Source: Thermodesulfobacteriota bacterium
GTDB taxonomy: Bacteria > Desulfobacterota > Desulfobaccia > Desulfobaccales > 0-14-0-80-60-11
DNA length: 64,000 nt
Reading direction: 5' to 3'
Assembly: GCA_049322315.1 (NCBI GenBank)
Contig: JBMORF010000037.1
Coordinates: 3,864-67,863, forward strand
The translations under genes were made by a program, and so were the position numbers. Below the pieces are notes generated by a model, which was not told the origin of the DNA, did no database searches, and worked only from the letters and a program-made list of their open reading frames with translations. Positions 42,640 through 52,167 of this stretch are shown here, piece by piece. Numbering within the stretch: the stretch's first letter is position 1; each line of letters starts with the position of its first letter.

Positions 42640-44757
42640 CTAGTCGATGACAGGCACTGCCACACAGCGGCAGTTGATGATCTGCTCCGCCGGGCCGCCG
42701 GGATCACAAGGATAGAGGCAACCGTTGGGAAAGGGCATCCCCCGGGGCACCACCATGCCTTCCATGAACTGGTGGGTCTCCCGCACCTCCGTGTCCCCTG
42801 CGGTCCACCACTGGATCTTCTCGACCCCCAGTTCCGCCATGGCCGCATCCCGGGCCGGGGCCGCGGCCTGGCCCGTCTCCGTGCGGGCGATGTTGAGACT
42901 CCGGGCTTCCGAGAAGCCGAAGAGGTCCCGGACCCGCTGCTGCAGCTCGTTCACCGTCTCCGTCTTGGTCAGTCCTTCCAGCAAGGTTTCCCGGAGTTTC
43001 TCACGGGTGTAGTCGTTGATCCGGGTGACTTTGATGAGCTTGTCTTTCAAGACTTGCATGGCCGCGGTGTCCGCCAGGACGAAGTTGGCGGGATCGGCCC
43101 CCAGCTCCACAAACAAGGCTTTGCCGGCCTCATTACCGATGGTGAGATACAGGGGCCAGGCGAGCTTCTTCAAAATTTCGTTGGCTTCTTCCAGGTCGAA
43201 AAGCAGGTCTTCCGCCATATATTCCCGGAGCCGGGCTTTGGCCAGTTTCTCTGCCAGGAGCTTGATCTGGAACGCCTCCTGCCATGAGAAAAACTTCTCC
43301 ATCTTCCCTTTGAATTTCCCCATCAGGGCGGCCCACAGGTGGTGGTACTGCTGCCAGGAGACCCTGGGGTCCAAACTCCGGCGCACGATGACCGTAGGCC
43401 CGGCAAGGTGGAGATAGGCGGCCGGCAAGGGGGGTAAACCGGCCGCCTTCTCCGGCTGCGAGGGAGGAACAGTAGCGGAAGGAGTGTTGGGAAATCCCTG
43501 GCTGCCCACGGGCATCAGGTTGAACGGCAGATACCCTACATCCCCGCCTTCAACCTTGGGAAAGCCCAGGTTCAGGGTCTCGTTCACCACGTTGAAAGGC
43601 ACCCCCATCTGCCAGACCTTCTGGCCCGCCTCCAGCATTTCCTTCAGGTCTTCCTTGAGGGCGTCCACCGCGGTGCGGTCGAACTCGGCCCAGGTATCCG
43701 GGCCGGAAAGTTTGGCGCAGAGCTGGTGCCAGATGACAAACTCGAAGAGCGCCATCTTGGGAAGAAGCGTCTTGGTCCAGAAGACCCGGTCCTGGCTCTT
43801 GGCTGTGGCGAAGTTGAGGTCCTCGTAGATGCCCAGTTCGCTCTTGGGCACCTTGAACGCGGCCATGATCTCTTCCCGGTTGAACTTGCGCTGCTCCAGG
43901 AAGTCCATGTCCTTCTGGGAGAGGCCCGTCTGCTTATAAGTGACCCCGCCTTCCAATAGGGCGATGGCGTGGGCCTTGCTTACCCCCTGGTGGCGGTCGT
44001 TCCACTGGGCCAAGAGGCGTTTGAACTCTTCGTCCCCCAGGTTGGCCGAGGTCTCCAGGATTCCACCGGGCTGAGCGTTGTTCTTGAAAAACGCAGCATT
44101 ATAGCGGCTGGCCCAGAAATCCTGGTCGATCCCCGCCTGGGCCGCCTGCAGAGGAGCCAGACCCCGGTAATCGTGGTAGGGATTGAAGTAACGGAAGAAG
44201 ATGATCTCGTGGGCCTCGAAAGGAATCTTCTTGCCCCCCTTCTCGTAAGTCCACCCGGCGATGAGGCCGGTATCCTTGTCCACCACTTCCTTAAAGCGAT
44301 TGGGATGGAAGGCCCAGATTTCTTTGGGCACCTCCCGGGGATTCTTTCGCTCGGCGATATAGAAAGCTTCACCGCACAGCCCCAGGTAGATGAAGGTGGC
44401 CTCGATGAGCTGGGCCCCGGACATCATGGGGTTAGGGGTCTCGAAGAGCTGCACCAGGGGGCCTGCTTCCACCAACTTCTTGTCTTTGCGACTTCCAGTG
44501 AAGAAAAGCAGAGGGATGCCCATGAGGTTCTGGGCGATGGCGTTGACGCAAGAATAGACCCAGACGTGATCTTTGTAGGGGTGGGTCAACCCACCCCCAC
44601 GTAGCTGGGCCATGAGCAGGTGGGGAGAAAGGAAGAAGAGGCGGTCCGTCTCGGGAAAGGTGGGCAGAGCAGGCAAGGAGGCGTCAGGAGCCTGGCGCTT
44701 GGCCCCAAGGCCGCCTAATCGAAATGCGTAATTGATCCCCCTGCTAATGAGTCCCAA
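42640..44757 (-). CDS. Portal protein fused to a MuF/SPP1 gp7-like head-morphogenesis domain
   Basis: 705 aa. Portal-like N-terminal ~420 aa. The C-terminal region (NIARTETGQAA...WWTAGDTEVRETH...INCRCV) is the Phage_Mu_F signature. Only TTG/ATT start candidates (stop at 44767-44769 just upstream). Confidence 0.8.
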   Translation of the reverse strand: MGLISRGINYAFRLGGLGAKRQAPDASLPALPTFPETDRLFFLSPHLLMAQLRGGGLTHPYKDHVWVYSCVNAIAQNLMGIPLLFFTGSRKDKKLVEAGPLVQLFETPNPMMSGAQLIEATFIYLGLCGEAFYIAERKNPREVPKEIWAFHPNRFKEVVDKDTGLIAGWTYEKGGKKIPFEAHEIIFFRYFNPYHDYRGLAPLQAAQAGIDQDFWASRYNAAFFKNNAQPGGILETSANLGDEEFKRLLAQWNDRHQGVSKAHAIALLEGGVTYKQTGLSQKDMDFLEQRKFNREEIMAAFKVPKSELGIYEDLNFATAKSQDRVFWTKTLLPKMALFEFVIWHQLCAKLSGPDTWAEFDRTAVDALKEDLKEMLEAGQKVWQMGVPFNVVNETLNLGFPKVEGGDVGYLPFNLMPVGSQGFPNTPSATVPPSQPEKAAGLPPLPAAYLHLAGPTVIVRRSLDPRVSWQQYHHLWAALMGKFKGKMEKFFSWQEAFQIKLLAEKLAKARLREYMAEDLLFDLEEANEILKKLAWPLYLTIGNEAGKALFVELGADPANFVLADTAAMQVLKDKLIKVTRINDYTREKLRETLLEGLTKTETVNELQQRVRDLFGFSEARSLNIARTETGQAAAPARDAAMAELGVEKIQWWTAGDTEVRETHQFMEGMVVPRGMPFPNGCLYPCDPGGPAEQIINCRCVAVPVID

Positions 44758-44826
44758 AATACCATCCTATTATGGAGGTTTAAGGCATCTGGGCCAATTA
44801 TCCAGGGAGCTGAAAATTCCGACAAG

Positions 44827-44858
44827 GGGGCAAAATAGGGGCAAAATAGGGGCATTTT
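44827..44858 (+). repeat. Tandem 11-bp repeat GGGGCAAAATA x2 plus a partial third unit
   Basis: Read directly: GGGGCAAAATA GGGGCAAAATA GGGGCATTTT. Confidence 0.7.
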
Positions 44859-44994
44859 GGATTAGGACGATTTTTTAGGGGGTTTCAGGGCAGGGGATAG
44901 ACGAGGCCGGGGAACTTTGGGTTGATGGCTAATGAGAAAATTTGATCGGGATCCAGTTGAGAGAGGAGAAAATCTTTTTTCATCTGTTTAATGG

Positions 44995-45014
44995 TTTTCA
45001 CCAAATGGTGAAAA
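44995..45014. promoter_or_regulatory. Candidate operator TTTTCACCA-AA-TGGTGAAAA upstream of the AbiE-like pair
   Basis: Perfect 9-bp arms. Extra half-sites TTTTTCAC (45051) and GGTGAAAAG (45082) overlap or flank the putative promoter. Confidence 0.5.
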
Positions 45015-45037
45015 TATTAGATTAAGCGAAAAAGGTA

Positions 45038-45066
45038 TTGACAGGAGCGATTTTTCACTATAAATA
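45038..45066 (+). promoter_or_regulatory. Sigma70-like promoter (TTGACA, 17 nt spacer, TAAATA)
   Basis: TTGACA at 45038-45043. 17-nt spacer. TAAATA at 45061-45066. 35 nt upstream of ATG 45101. Confidence 0.45.
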
Positions 45067-45100
45067 TAGTTTTCAGCAACCGGTGAAAAGGTATTTATAA

Positions 45101-46162
45101 ATGAAAATATCTGAAGGAGAACTCGCCAGACGGGTAAAAGAGGCCCTTTCTTCCTGTTTAACAAAGGTCCCTTTTCTCAAAATAAATGCTATTGACCAGG
45201 AGTCCATTCAAGAAACTGCTATGCCGGATTTTCTGATCACCCTGGAAGTCCCGGCAGGAATTCGGACCTTTGTGGTTGAAGTTAAGAGCACCGGCCAGCC
45301 CCGAGTGGCTCGGGAAGCGGTAAACCAACTTTTGAGATATTCCAAGGCATTTCCTCAGGCTTTTCCCGTATTCATTGCTCCCTACATCTCCCCGGCGGCT
45401 GCTGAAATCTGCGAACAAGCAGGAGTCGGATACATAGACTTCTCCGGCAACTGCCGCCTTTGCTTTCAAGAGGTCTATATTGAGAAAACGGGCAACCCCA
45501 ATGTTTTTTCCGAGAAGAGAGACCTGCGTTCGCTCTATTCCCCAAAAGCGGAAAATGTCCTCAGGGTGCTTCTCTCAAATCCCAGAAGGAGATGGAAAAT
45601 CCAGGAACTTGCCAATGAGGCCGGTGTTAGTGTTGGACAGGTTGCTAAAGTAAAAAACCTCTTAAGCAACCGCGAGTGGCTCAGCGAAGCCGATGGCATG
45701 AAATTATCTGAACCAGAAAAACTACTGTCTGAGTGGGCTGATAATTATAACTTTCGCAAAAATCGGGTTAGAGACTTTTATTCTCTGAAAAGTGTCTCGG
45801 AAATTGAATTTAGTTTGGCTAAATTGTGCAAGGCAAAGAAGCTGACTTATGCCTTGACGTCCTTCTCCGGAGCCGCCAGGCTGGCTCTTGCCGTGCGTTA
45901 TCAGCGAGTTTTTGTTTATGTGCAAGAAACGGAGGAGGATATTGCCGGTTTGCTCAATTTGAAGGAAGTGCCCAGCGGTGCTAACATCAGTCTGTTGATT
46001 CCCTATGATGAGGGGATTTTTTATGGCAGTCAGGATATTAACGATATCCGCATTGCTTCCCCCATCCAGATTTATCTTGACTTGAAAACTTACCGCGGCA
46101 GGGGCGAGGAAGCAGCCGATATGCTCCTTGAACAGGTGATCAGGAAAAAATGGCAACAATAA
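45101..46162 (+). CDS. AbiEi-like antitoxin/regulator with an extra N-terminal PD-(D/E)XK-like module
   Basis: 353 aa. DFLITLEV...FVVEVKSTG (D...ExK). wHTH WKIQELANEAGVSVGQVAKVKNLL. C-terminal region resembles the AbiEi C-domain. Overlaps the downstream gene by 13 nt. Confidence 0.55.
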   Translation: MKISEGELARRVKEALSSCLTKVPFLKINAIDQESIQETAMPDFLITLEVPAGIRTFVVEVKSTGQPRVAREAVNQLLRYSKAFPQAFPVFIAPYISPAAAEICEQAGVGYIDFSGNCRLCFQEVYIEKTGNPNVFSEKRDLRSLYSPKAENVLRVLLSNPRRRWKIQELANEAGVSVGQVAKVKNLLSNREWLSEADGMKLSEPEKLLSEWADNYNFRKNRVRDFYSLKSVSEIEFSLAKLCKAKKLTYALTSFSGAARLALAVRYQRVFVYVQETEEDIAGLLNLKEVPSGANISLLIPYDEGIFYGSQDINDIRIASPIQIYLDLKTYRGRGEEAADMLLEQVIRKKWQQ

Positions 46163-46974
46163 GAGATTACAACGAAATTGCTGTAAAAGCAGCACGGTCG
46201 GTGCTACTTGAACTTGCCCACCTCTTGGGGGAATACCGTGAAGATATGGTGCTCGTGGGAGGTTGGGTCCCAGAATTTATCTTTGCTGACAAGATCAAAC
46301 CACACTGTGGCAGCATAGACGTGGATCTCGCCCTGGATCACCGCAAGCTCCAGGAGCAGGGATACAAATCTATTCAGGAACTTCTTCTTAGCAGGGGATA
46401 CGAGCAAGGAAAGCAACCTTTTATTTTTTTAAGACGTGTTCTCGTGGGAGACCAGGAGATTACAGTTGAGGTTGATCTGTTAGCCGGAGAATATGAAGGA
46501 ACCGGGAGAAGTCACCGCACACAAAAGATGCAAGATATCCGGGCCCGCAAAGCCAGGGGATGTGATCTAGCCTTTGATATGTTTGTTGAAGTGCCGATTG
46601 AAGGAGAACTGCCCGGTGGTGGTAGAGACGTTATAACTATTCGTGTGGCCTCGATAGTGCCTTTCCTGATCATGAAAGGCATGGCTTTAGATAATCGATT
46701 AAAAGAAAAGGATGCGTGGGATATTTATTACTGTATATTGAACTATCCTGGCGGACTGGATGCTTTGGTCGAAAAATTTAGGCCTTACTTGAAGCACCGA
46801 TTGGTTCGTGAGGGATTGCAAAAAATTGCCCAACACTTCGCTTCTGAAAACCAGGTAGGTCCAAAATTTGTAGCTGATTTCGATGAAATAACTGACCCTG
46901 AACAACGCGACATTTTGCAGCGGGACGTTTATGAGCGAGTCAATTACATTCTAACAAAATTAGGTATCGTATGA
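46150..46974 (+). CDS. Nucleotidyltransferase, AbiEii/AbiGii-like toxin
   Basis: 274 aa. LVGGWVPEF ... GSIDVDLAL fits the minimal NTase G-x and DxD pattern of AbiEii. Confidence 0.55.
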   Translation: MATIRDYNEIAVKAARSVLLELAHLLGEYREDMVLVGGWVPEFIFADKIKPHCGSIDVDLALDHRKLQEQGYKSIQELLLSRGYEQGKQPFIFLRRVLVGDQEITVEVDLLAGEYEGTGRSHRTQKMQDIRARKARGCDLAFDMFVEVPIEGELPGGGRDVITIRVASIVPFLIMKGMALDNRLKEKDAWDIYYCILNYPGGLDALVEKFRPYLKHRLVREGLQKIAQHFASENQVGPKFVADFDEITDPEQRDILQRDVYERVNYILTKLGIV

Positions 46975-47061
46975 ATGTAAAAACTGAAATAGGTATTTAG
47001 GTGGTGAAGTGGGGTAGTTAACGACCCAACCCATCAATGCCGGCGTGGACGTGCTTCCCCG

Positions 47062-47814
47062 CTATGCGACCGTAAGGCCTGCGACCTGATTTGCCAATAA
47101 CGCTGAGGCGTGGTTACAGTACTTGAAAACAGGGCATTCTACACAGCCTGGCTTTTTCTTGACGCATATCTGATTCGCAAGGTCAAGGAGGGCATAACTA
47201 AACTCGCGTGGTCGCTCTGGATCTACCAATGCATGAATTATCTCCCGAAACCGGTGGTTACGCCTGGATGAGTCCTTTACTTCCAGCCCGCATAACCGCC
47301 CTGCAATCCTTACAGTGTTCGTATCAATAAGGGCTTCCGGCAGGTTCCAGGCAAAGCAGCGAACCGCGCTGGCGATATAATCACTGACCCCTGGCAATGA
47401 ATGCAATTCTTTCGTCTTCCTCGGCACCTCTCCAGCAAACCGTGTCACAAGGTGTGCGGCCATCTCCTGGAGCAGATTGATGCGCCAGCGCAAGCCAATC
47501 GAAGAGAGGATTTCGTGGAGCTCTTTCCTTGTTGCCCCGGATAAGGTCAGAATATCTGGATAACTCTCAATGAAACGCTTATACACAGGCACCACCTGAA
47601 TGGCCTGTGTTCGGTGTAGCATCACCTCGGCTATTAAAATACGATATGGATCTTCAGTGAATCTCCAGGGAAATGGGCGGAAATGCTCCTTACCCCATGC
47701 AATCAGGATGTTACGAAAGGCAACTATATTTATTGAGCAATCTTCAACTTTAATATTTTCAGTCACCAGCAGAAAATCCTGCTTGTCCAAATCGGTCCAG
47801 GAATCACTATCCAT
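47062..47814 (-). CDS. HhH-GPD (EndoIII/MutY/Mig-type) DNA glycosylase with a 4Fe-4S loop
   Basis: LHSLPGVSDYIASAV (HhH), IDTNTVRI (catalytic Asp region), CVKKKPGCVECPVFKYC (C-x6-C-x2-C-x5-C). Confidence 0.8.
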   Translation of the reverse strand: MDSDSWTDLDKQDFLLVTENIKVEDCSINIVAFRNILIAWGKEHFRPFPWRFTEDPYRILIAEVMLHRTQAIQVVPVYKRFIESYPDILTLSGATRKELHEILSSIGLRWRINLLQEMAAHLVTRFAGEVPRKTKELHSLPGVSDYIASAVRCFAWNLPEALIDTNTVRIAGRLCGLEVKDSSRRNHRFREIIHALVDPERPREFSYALLDLANQICVKKKPGCVECPVFKYCNHASALLANQVAGLTVA

Positions 47815-47819
47815 AAAGA

Positions 47820-49142
47820 CTAGTGAAGTAAAGCCATTCCGGGACGAGCAGCATGGCGAGCAAACCAGGCCTGCAAATCAACAAGCGCTTGGCCGCGAAG
47901 CCTTGCAAAAGGGCTCATCCTTCTCGCCAATTCTAGTTTAATTGATATCAGGTGGCGAGAACTAAAATAAATATTATATTCCCCCTTTATCCCTCTCTTC
48001 CCTTTAAGGAAAAGTGGACCAAACTCCCAAATGAATCCTGCCTTCGGGTTTATCTTGCTCCGCTCATTTGTTGGAAGAACTAACCCGAAGAGGAAACGGG
48101 ATACACGGATATTCTTCTGGGCATGATCACAATTTGCGTTTATTTCTATGAGGATTGGAATATTGATATCCGCCAAGTGATTTATCTTAGTGACTGTTCC
48201 CGGTAGTCCACTCTTGCCCTGAACGAAATCTTCAATGAGTTGCCGGCTTTCCGGCAGCCACTTTGGCCTCTTTTTATTCGGGAACATGTATATGTTGCCA
48301 CCTGTAAAACGATCCAAGCCTTCAAAGGCCAGATGAAGCATGGCATTAATTTTGGCCTTTTTCTCGGTCCCACAGTCATCTGAAGCCCCAAGAATCTCTT
48401 GAGGATTTAATTCAGAGGACAGGGCAACAGCATGGCTTTCCATACGATCAGCATAGAGTGGTCCTAGAGAACTATAGACGGCATCCAGACAGGTACTGGG
48501 GTCAAGATGCTGGTCTGCCTGTGCCTTAGCCATTGCATGTAAAAGCTGCAGGAACTGTTCTTTCCAATCTTGACGGTATCTTGTGCGGTTCCTAGTTTGA
48601 GGCGCCACCAGGGTTGAGAGCCCATTGGTCACCTCAGTAGCAGCCTGAAAACACTTTCCTTCCCAGCGTTGTAAAAAGAAAAGAGGGCTAAACTCGCTCA
48701 GCGCCTCTCTAAGCTTATGAGATATTACCGAAAGACTGAAATCACCATTTACATCCTTGCATTCCGCTTTTGTAAGCATGAGTGAAAGGATCGGTTTCGG
48801 CAGATCTTTTTCTGAAAATATGGTCCGCTCAAAGAGGTTAAAAAGTTCCGAGTGGTAGGTCCAGGCAATGACCGTAAACGGTCCATTATCATTTTTCAGA
48901 ATTCTTTTGAGGCAGGCTATTAGTGCGGAAACTTTAGACCTGTCGGGAACGCCACCGCCGATCAGATCCATATCAAGAATTGCAAGCCGAACTCCAGTAA
49001 GAAGTTCCGTGGGCAGTCCCGCAGGATTACCATCAAAATATGCAATGGGGACGCCTTCCTTCGCGAAAGCTCCAAGAATCGGCAAGGCTTCACTTTCCTG
49101 ATCATCAATCACAACTACTCTGGCACCAGCAAGGCCAGTCAT
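47820..49142 (-). CDS. Receiver (REC) domain protein with an uncharacterised ~300-aa C-terminal domain
   Basis: VVVIDDQ (D13 D14), LAILDMDL (D57), TVIAWT (T95) are the receiver-domain landmarks. The rest has no motif I recognise. ATGA overlap with the upstream gene. Confidence 0.65.
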   Translation of the reverse strand: MTGLAGARVVVIDDQESEALPILGAFAKEGVPIAYFDGNPAGLPTELLTGVRLAILDMDLIGGGVPDRSKVSALIACLKRILKNDNGPFTVIAWTYHSELFNLFERTIFSEKDLPKPILSLMLTKAECKDVNGDFSLSVISHKLREALSEFSPLFFLQRWEGKCFQAATEVTNGLSTLVAPQTRNRTRYRQDWKEQFLQLLHAMAKAQADQHLDPSTCLDAVYSSLGPLYADRMESHAVALSSELNPQEILGASDDCGTEKKAKINAMLHLAFEGLDRFTGGNIYMFPNKKRPKWLPESRQLIEDFVQGKSGLPGTVTKINHLADINIPILIEINANCDHAQKNIRVSRFLFGLVLPTNERSKINPKAGFIWEFGPLFLKGKRGIKGEYNIYFSSRHLISIKLELARRMSPFARLRGQALVDLQAWFARHAARPGMALLH

Positions 49143-51208
49143 TTGTGATTACCTCCAAAAACCAGGGCAACAACGGCACCATCAAATTCTTTTGGCAATG
49201 CAAGATCTCCAGATTGAGGGAATTCCAGCCTTCCACCCTGAGCTATCATGACCTGATCTGCCAGGTGAAGTCCCAACCCCATACCATCAGGCTTTCTGCT
49301 AATGAATGGTTCAATCAAGTATTCGGGAGGATCGAGAAAACCTGGGCCGTTGTCAGCAACGACGATAGCTGGACCACCAAGAAGTTCCTTCGATATGCCG
49401 ATATATATCCGTTTCTTATTTTTTAACTCTCCCCATCTGGTATCGAGCCACCAAATGGCATTATCTATAAGGTTCATGATGGTTGAGATTATGAGGCGAC
49501 GGCTGCATTTGACTTCGAAATCACCCTGTTGCTGATTAACGTTAATTTGGATACCATGGTTCTTGAGTCTTAGTTCCGTATTGAATGCAGCCCTGGAGAT
49601 TAAATTGCTCGCTCTTTCACGACTTGTTCCCGACCTTCGTATCAAGGCCGCATAGCCTTCTATAAGGTCAGCAAGGTGCTTAGCCAAGGCGGTGATACGC
49701 TTACCTGGCTGTTCTCGCTTAACTGCTATAACGAGCTCCTTTACCCCTTTCTCCACTTCATGAATGACGACCGAAAGACTCAACCCAGCACTTGCGCTGG
49801 TCAGAAAGCGGTCCCGTATCAAGAGAAAATCAGACTCTATTCTGTCGAGATATGGCCCCAAGTCCTTCGTTAGATTCTTTTTTTCTATAAGTTCACGAAC
49901 TTCGGAGAGATCCTGAAGAACTGGCTCTCTTACACGCTTGCTGTATGCGTTTCGTATCCTGGTCTTATCTTTGTTCCGTTCAGTCACTATGTGGTTAACG
50001 GCTGCTGTGACGGCTTCTCTGAATGCACGGAAGGCCTTATTATCGACAAATCCCTCACGATTTGTCTTTTCTACCAGACCTGGGCTATCAGCCAGATGAA
50101 GTGATACTGCTCCTATAACAAGATTGTTACTGATGCGGCGAGTGGGAACATTTACTCTACGCCCTCCGAGATCCAGCCAGTCATTGCCTGCTTCACCATA
50201 ATCATAAACTCGTATTCCATCGCGATAGACCCTTATTCCTCCATTTTCTGCGAGGAAGCTCTTTAATCCCTTTTTGTCTGTGACTCCAAGGGTGAGGATT
50301 TTGGGATCAAGGTCAAAAATATATAGGTCAAGATCCACTGGCCCCACAGCGTTCTTAAGGTTATCAATAGCCTCGGCAGAGATTTTGATGGGTACAGTCT
50401 TGTTTTCCTGTCTGGAGGTAACCCTGTTCATGGCCGGGAGAGGAACGAATTCATAATCATAACTAACTTGGTTTCCCTGGATATTACACTTTGCCCTAAA
50501 GAGAGAATACTCCAGAACTTCCTCCACCGTCATAAGATCTTTCAGCCATTCAGAATTCTCGGAAAGAATAAGGTCAGCTTTGAATTCACCTTCGTCGTCA
50601 AAAGGTGAACAGATTGAGGTTACAGACCGGTACAACTCCCGAACCATTCCCCGGTTCCAGGGATTCCTAAGATTAGTTATTTCTATTATGGTGCCGGTGC
50701 GGCGACCCCCGAAAACCTCAGGCATGCGTTCCCTGACCTGCACGGGTACCTGTTCGAGATAGTCATGCTTATCGAACTCTGCCCAGTTAATATCAACGAC
50801 AATTTCAGGGTTATTGATTTTACGGGTAACTAGGGTTACATGGTTACCAAGCTTGTGAGCTGCAAAACGTCCGACTCCTTTCTCACCCAGAGGCAGTCTC
50901 CTGTACTTTTCGGTACGGTGTCCTGATCTTCTTTGCTTATCCCGAAAGTCTGTACCGGGTTCGAGCCAGACGGTTGCAACAGTCAGATAGTCCATTCCAG
51001 TACCAGAATCTTCAACTATTATGCTTCCATGATGTGAATCTGTCAGGTTAGACATGGTAACCGTGGCATCAGGAGAATCAGCATCATAGGCGTTTTTCAC
51101 CAATTCAAATACAGCAATACCCGGATCACGGATGAGCTGGTCACCTAACAGAAGAAGCATCCGTGCTCTGGGTCTGAACGGCAATTTCTCTGATCGGTAC
51201 TTTGTCAC
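49139..51208 (-). CDS. Double GHKL protein: N-terminal MORC/Hsp90-like ATPase plus C-terminal histidine-kinase-like module
   Basis: N-terminal: ELVKNAYDA, VEDSGTGM, GEKGVGRFA. C-terminal: H-box-like VIHEVEKG, NLIDNAIWW, VADNGPGF, GMGLGLHLA. Confidence 0.7.
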   Translation of the reverse strand: MTKYRSEKLPFRPRARMLLLLGDQLIRDPGIAVFELVKNAYDADSPDATVTMSNLTDSHHGSIIVEDSGTGMDYLTVATVWLEPGTDFRDKQRRSGHRTEKYRRLPLGEKGVGRFAAHKLGNHVTLVTRKINNPEIVVDINWAEFDKHDYLEQVPVQVRERMPEVFGGRRTGTIIEITNLRNPWNRGMVRELYRSVTSICSPFDDEGEFKADLILSENSEWLKDLMTVEEVLEYSLFRAKCNIQGNQVSYDYEFVPLPAMNRVTSRQENKTVPIKISAEAIDNLKNAVGPVDLDLYIFDLDPKILTLGVTDKKGLKSFLAENGGIRVYRDGIRVYDYGEAGNDWLDLGGRRVNVPTRRISNNLVIGAVSLHLADSPGLVEKTNREGFVDNKAFRAFREAVTAAVNHIVTERNKDKTRIRNAYSKRVREPVLQDLSEVRELIEKKNLTKDLGPYLDRIESDFLLIRDRFLTSASAGLSLSVVIHEVEKGVKELVIAVKREQPGKRITALAKHLADLIEGYAALIRRSGTSRERASNLISRAAFNTELRLKNHGIQINVNQQQGDFEVKCSRRLIISTIMNLIDNAIWWLDTRWGELKNKKRIYIGISKELLGGPAIVVADNGPGFLDPPEYLIEPFISRKPDGMGLGLHLADQVMIAQGGRLEFPQSGDLALPKEFDGAVVALVFGGNHK

Positions 51209-51210
51209 TC

Positions 51211-52167
51211 TTATTGATCCTGTGAGATGAGAGACTTAACAATGTATTCCATCACTGGAGGACATACTGCATTTCCCATCAGTTTGACTTTATCACGTCT
51301 TACACCGGATTCAAGTATGTAGCTCTTTTTAAAACCCATTGCGAGTTTCAGTTCCTCTGGCTGCAACATGCGCATCTTATGGCCATTTGGAGAAGGTTTT
51401 ACATAAGCGAAGCGATCAAGCGTCGTAATAGTCCTTAAGGGGCGATCAAGTGACTGCCATCCGCCACTTTGATCAGTTCCATAATATACAATAAGGAAAT
51501 GCTCTTTCACCCCGAGTTCAGCCATTGCTCGCTGTGCGCGTTCTATCGTAGGCTTTGCTCGTCCGGGTGAAAATAATGGAGAAAAAGAATAGTTGCCATT
51601 AAAATCAATAACTGAACTGGCTGGTTTTATTTCGGTGTCAGGTTTCCCTACCTCTTCCGGTGACTCCAGAAGTGAACAAACAATGAAGAGCCGCCTCCTG
51701 GATTGAGGTACGCCGAAATCCATGGCATTGAGTTTCTCCACCTTAATCTTATACCCGAGTTTCTCCAAATTATGTATGAGCCTGGGGTAAGCATCCCAGG
51801 ATCCCATATGTACGACATTCTCAATCACAATCCATTTAGGCAGGAATTCCTTAGCAAATCTGACAACTTCAAAAGCTGTGAGCCTGCTCTCTTCACATCG
51901 AGCGGCTGCGCCTTTGGCACATGTGTGGTTGGTACATTCAGGAGAAGCGATGATAAGATCAATATCCCCGATCAGCCTGTGGAGTCGCTTTGGAGAGACC
52001 CTCCTTATATCCTTATTGATAACGCGTGCGTCGGGGAAATTCCTGAGGTAGCAGTCCGATGCCATGTTCCAGAAGTCAATACCTGCAACGATCTCGGCAC
52101 CCCCCTCCAAGGCTCCAAGACTGCTGCCACCGGCTCCATGAAATAGATCAAGTGTCCGTATTCTCAT
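51211..52167 (-). CDS. DNA (cytosine-5)-methyltransferase
   Basis: DLFHGAGG (motif I), ASPECTNH (motif IV variant), ENVVHM (VI), QSRRRLFIV (VIII), GNAVCPPV (X). Start taken at MRIRTLD. Confidence 0.8.
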   Translation of the reverse strand: MRIRTLDLFHGAGGSSLGALEGGAEIVAGIDFWNMASDCYLRNFPDARVINKDIRRVSPKRLHRLIGDIDLIIASPECTNHTCAKGAAARCEESRLTAFEVVRFAKEFLPKWIVIENVVHMGSWDAYPRLIHNLEKLGYKIKVEKLNAMDFGVPQSRRRLFIVCSLLESPEEVGKPDTEIKPASSVIDFNGNYSFSPLFSPGRAKPTIERAQRAMAELGVKEHFLIVYYGTDQSGGWQSLDRPLRTITTLDRFAYVKPSPNGHKMRMLQPEELKLAMGFKKSYILESGVRRDKVKLMGNAVCPPVMEYIVKSLISQDQ

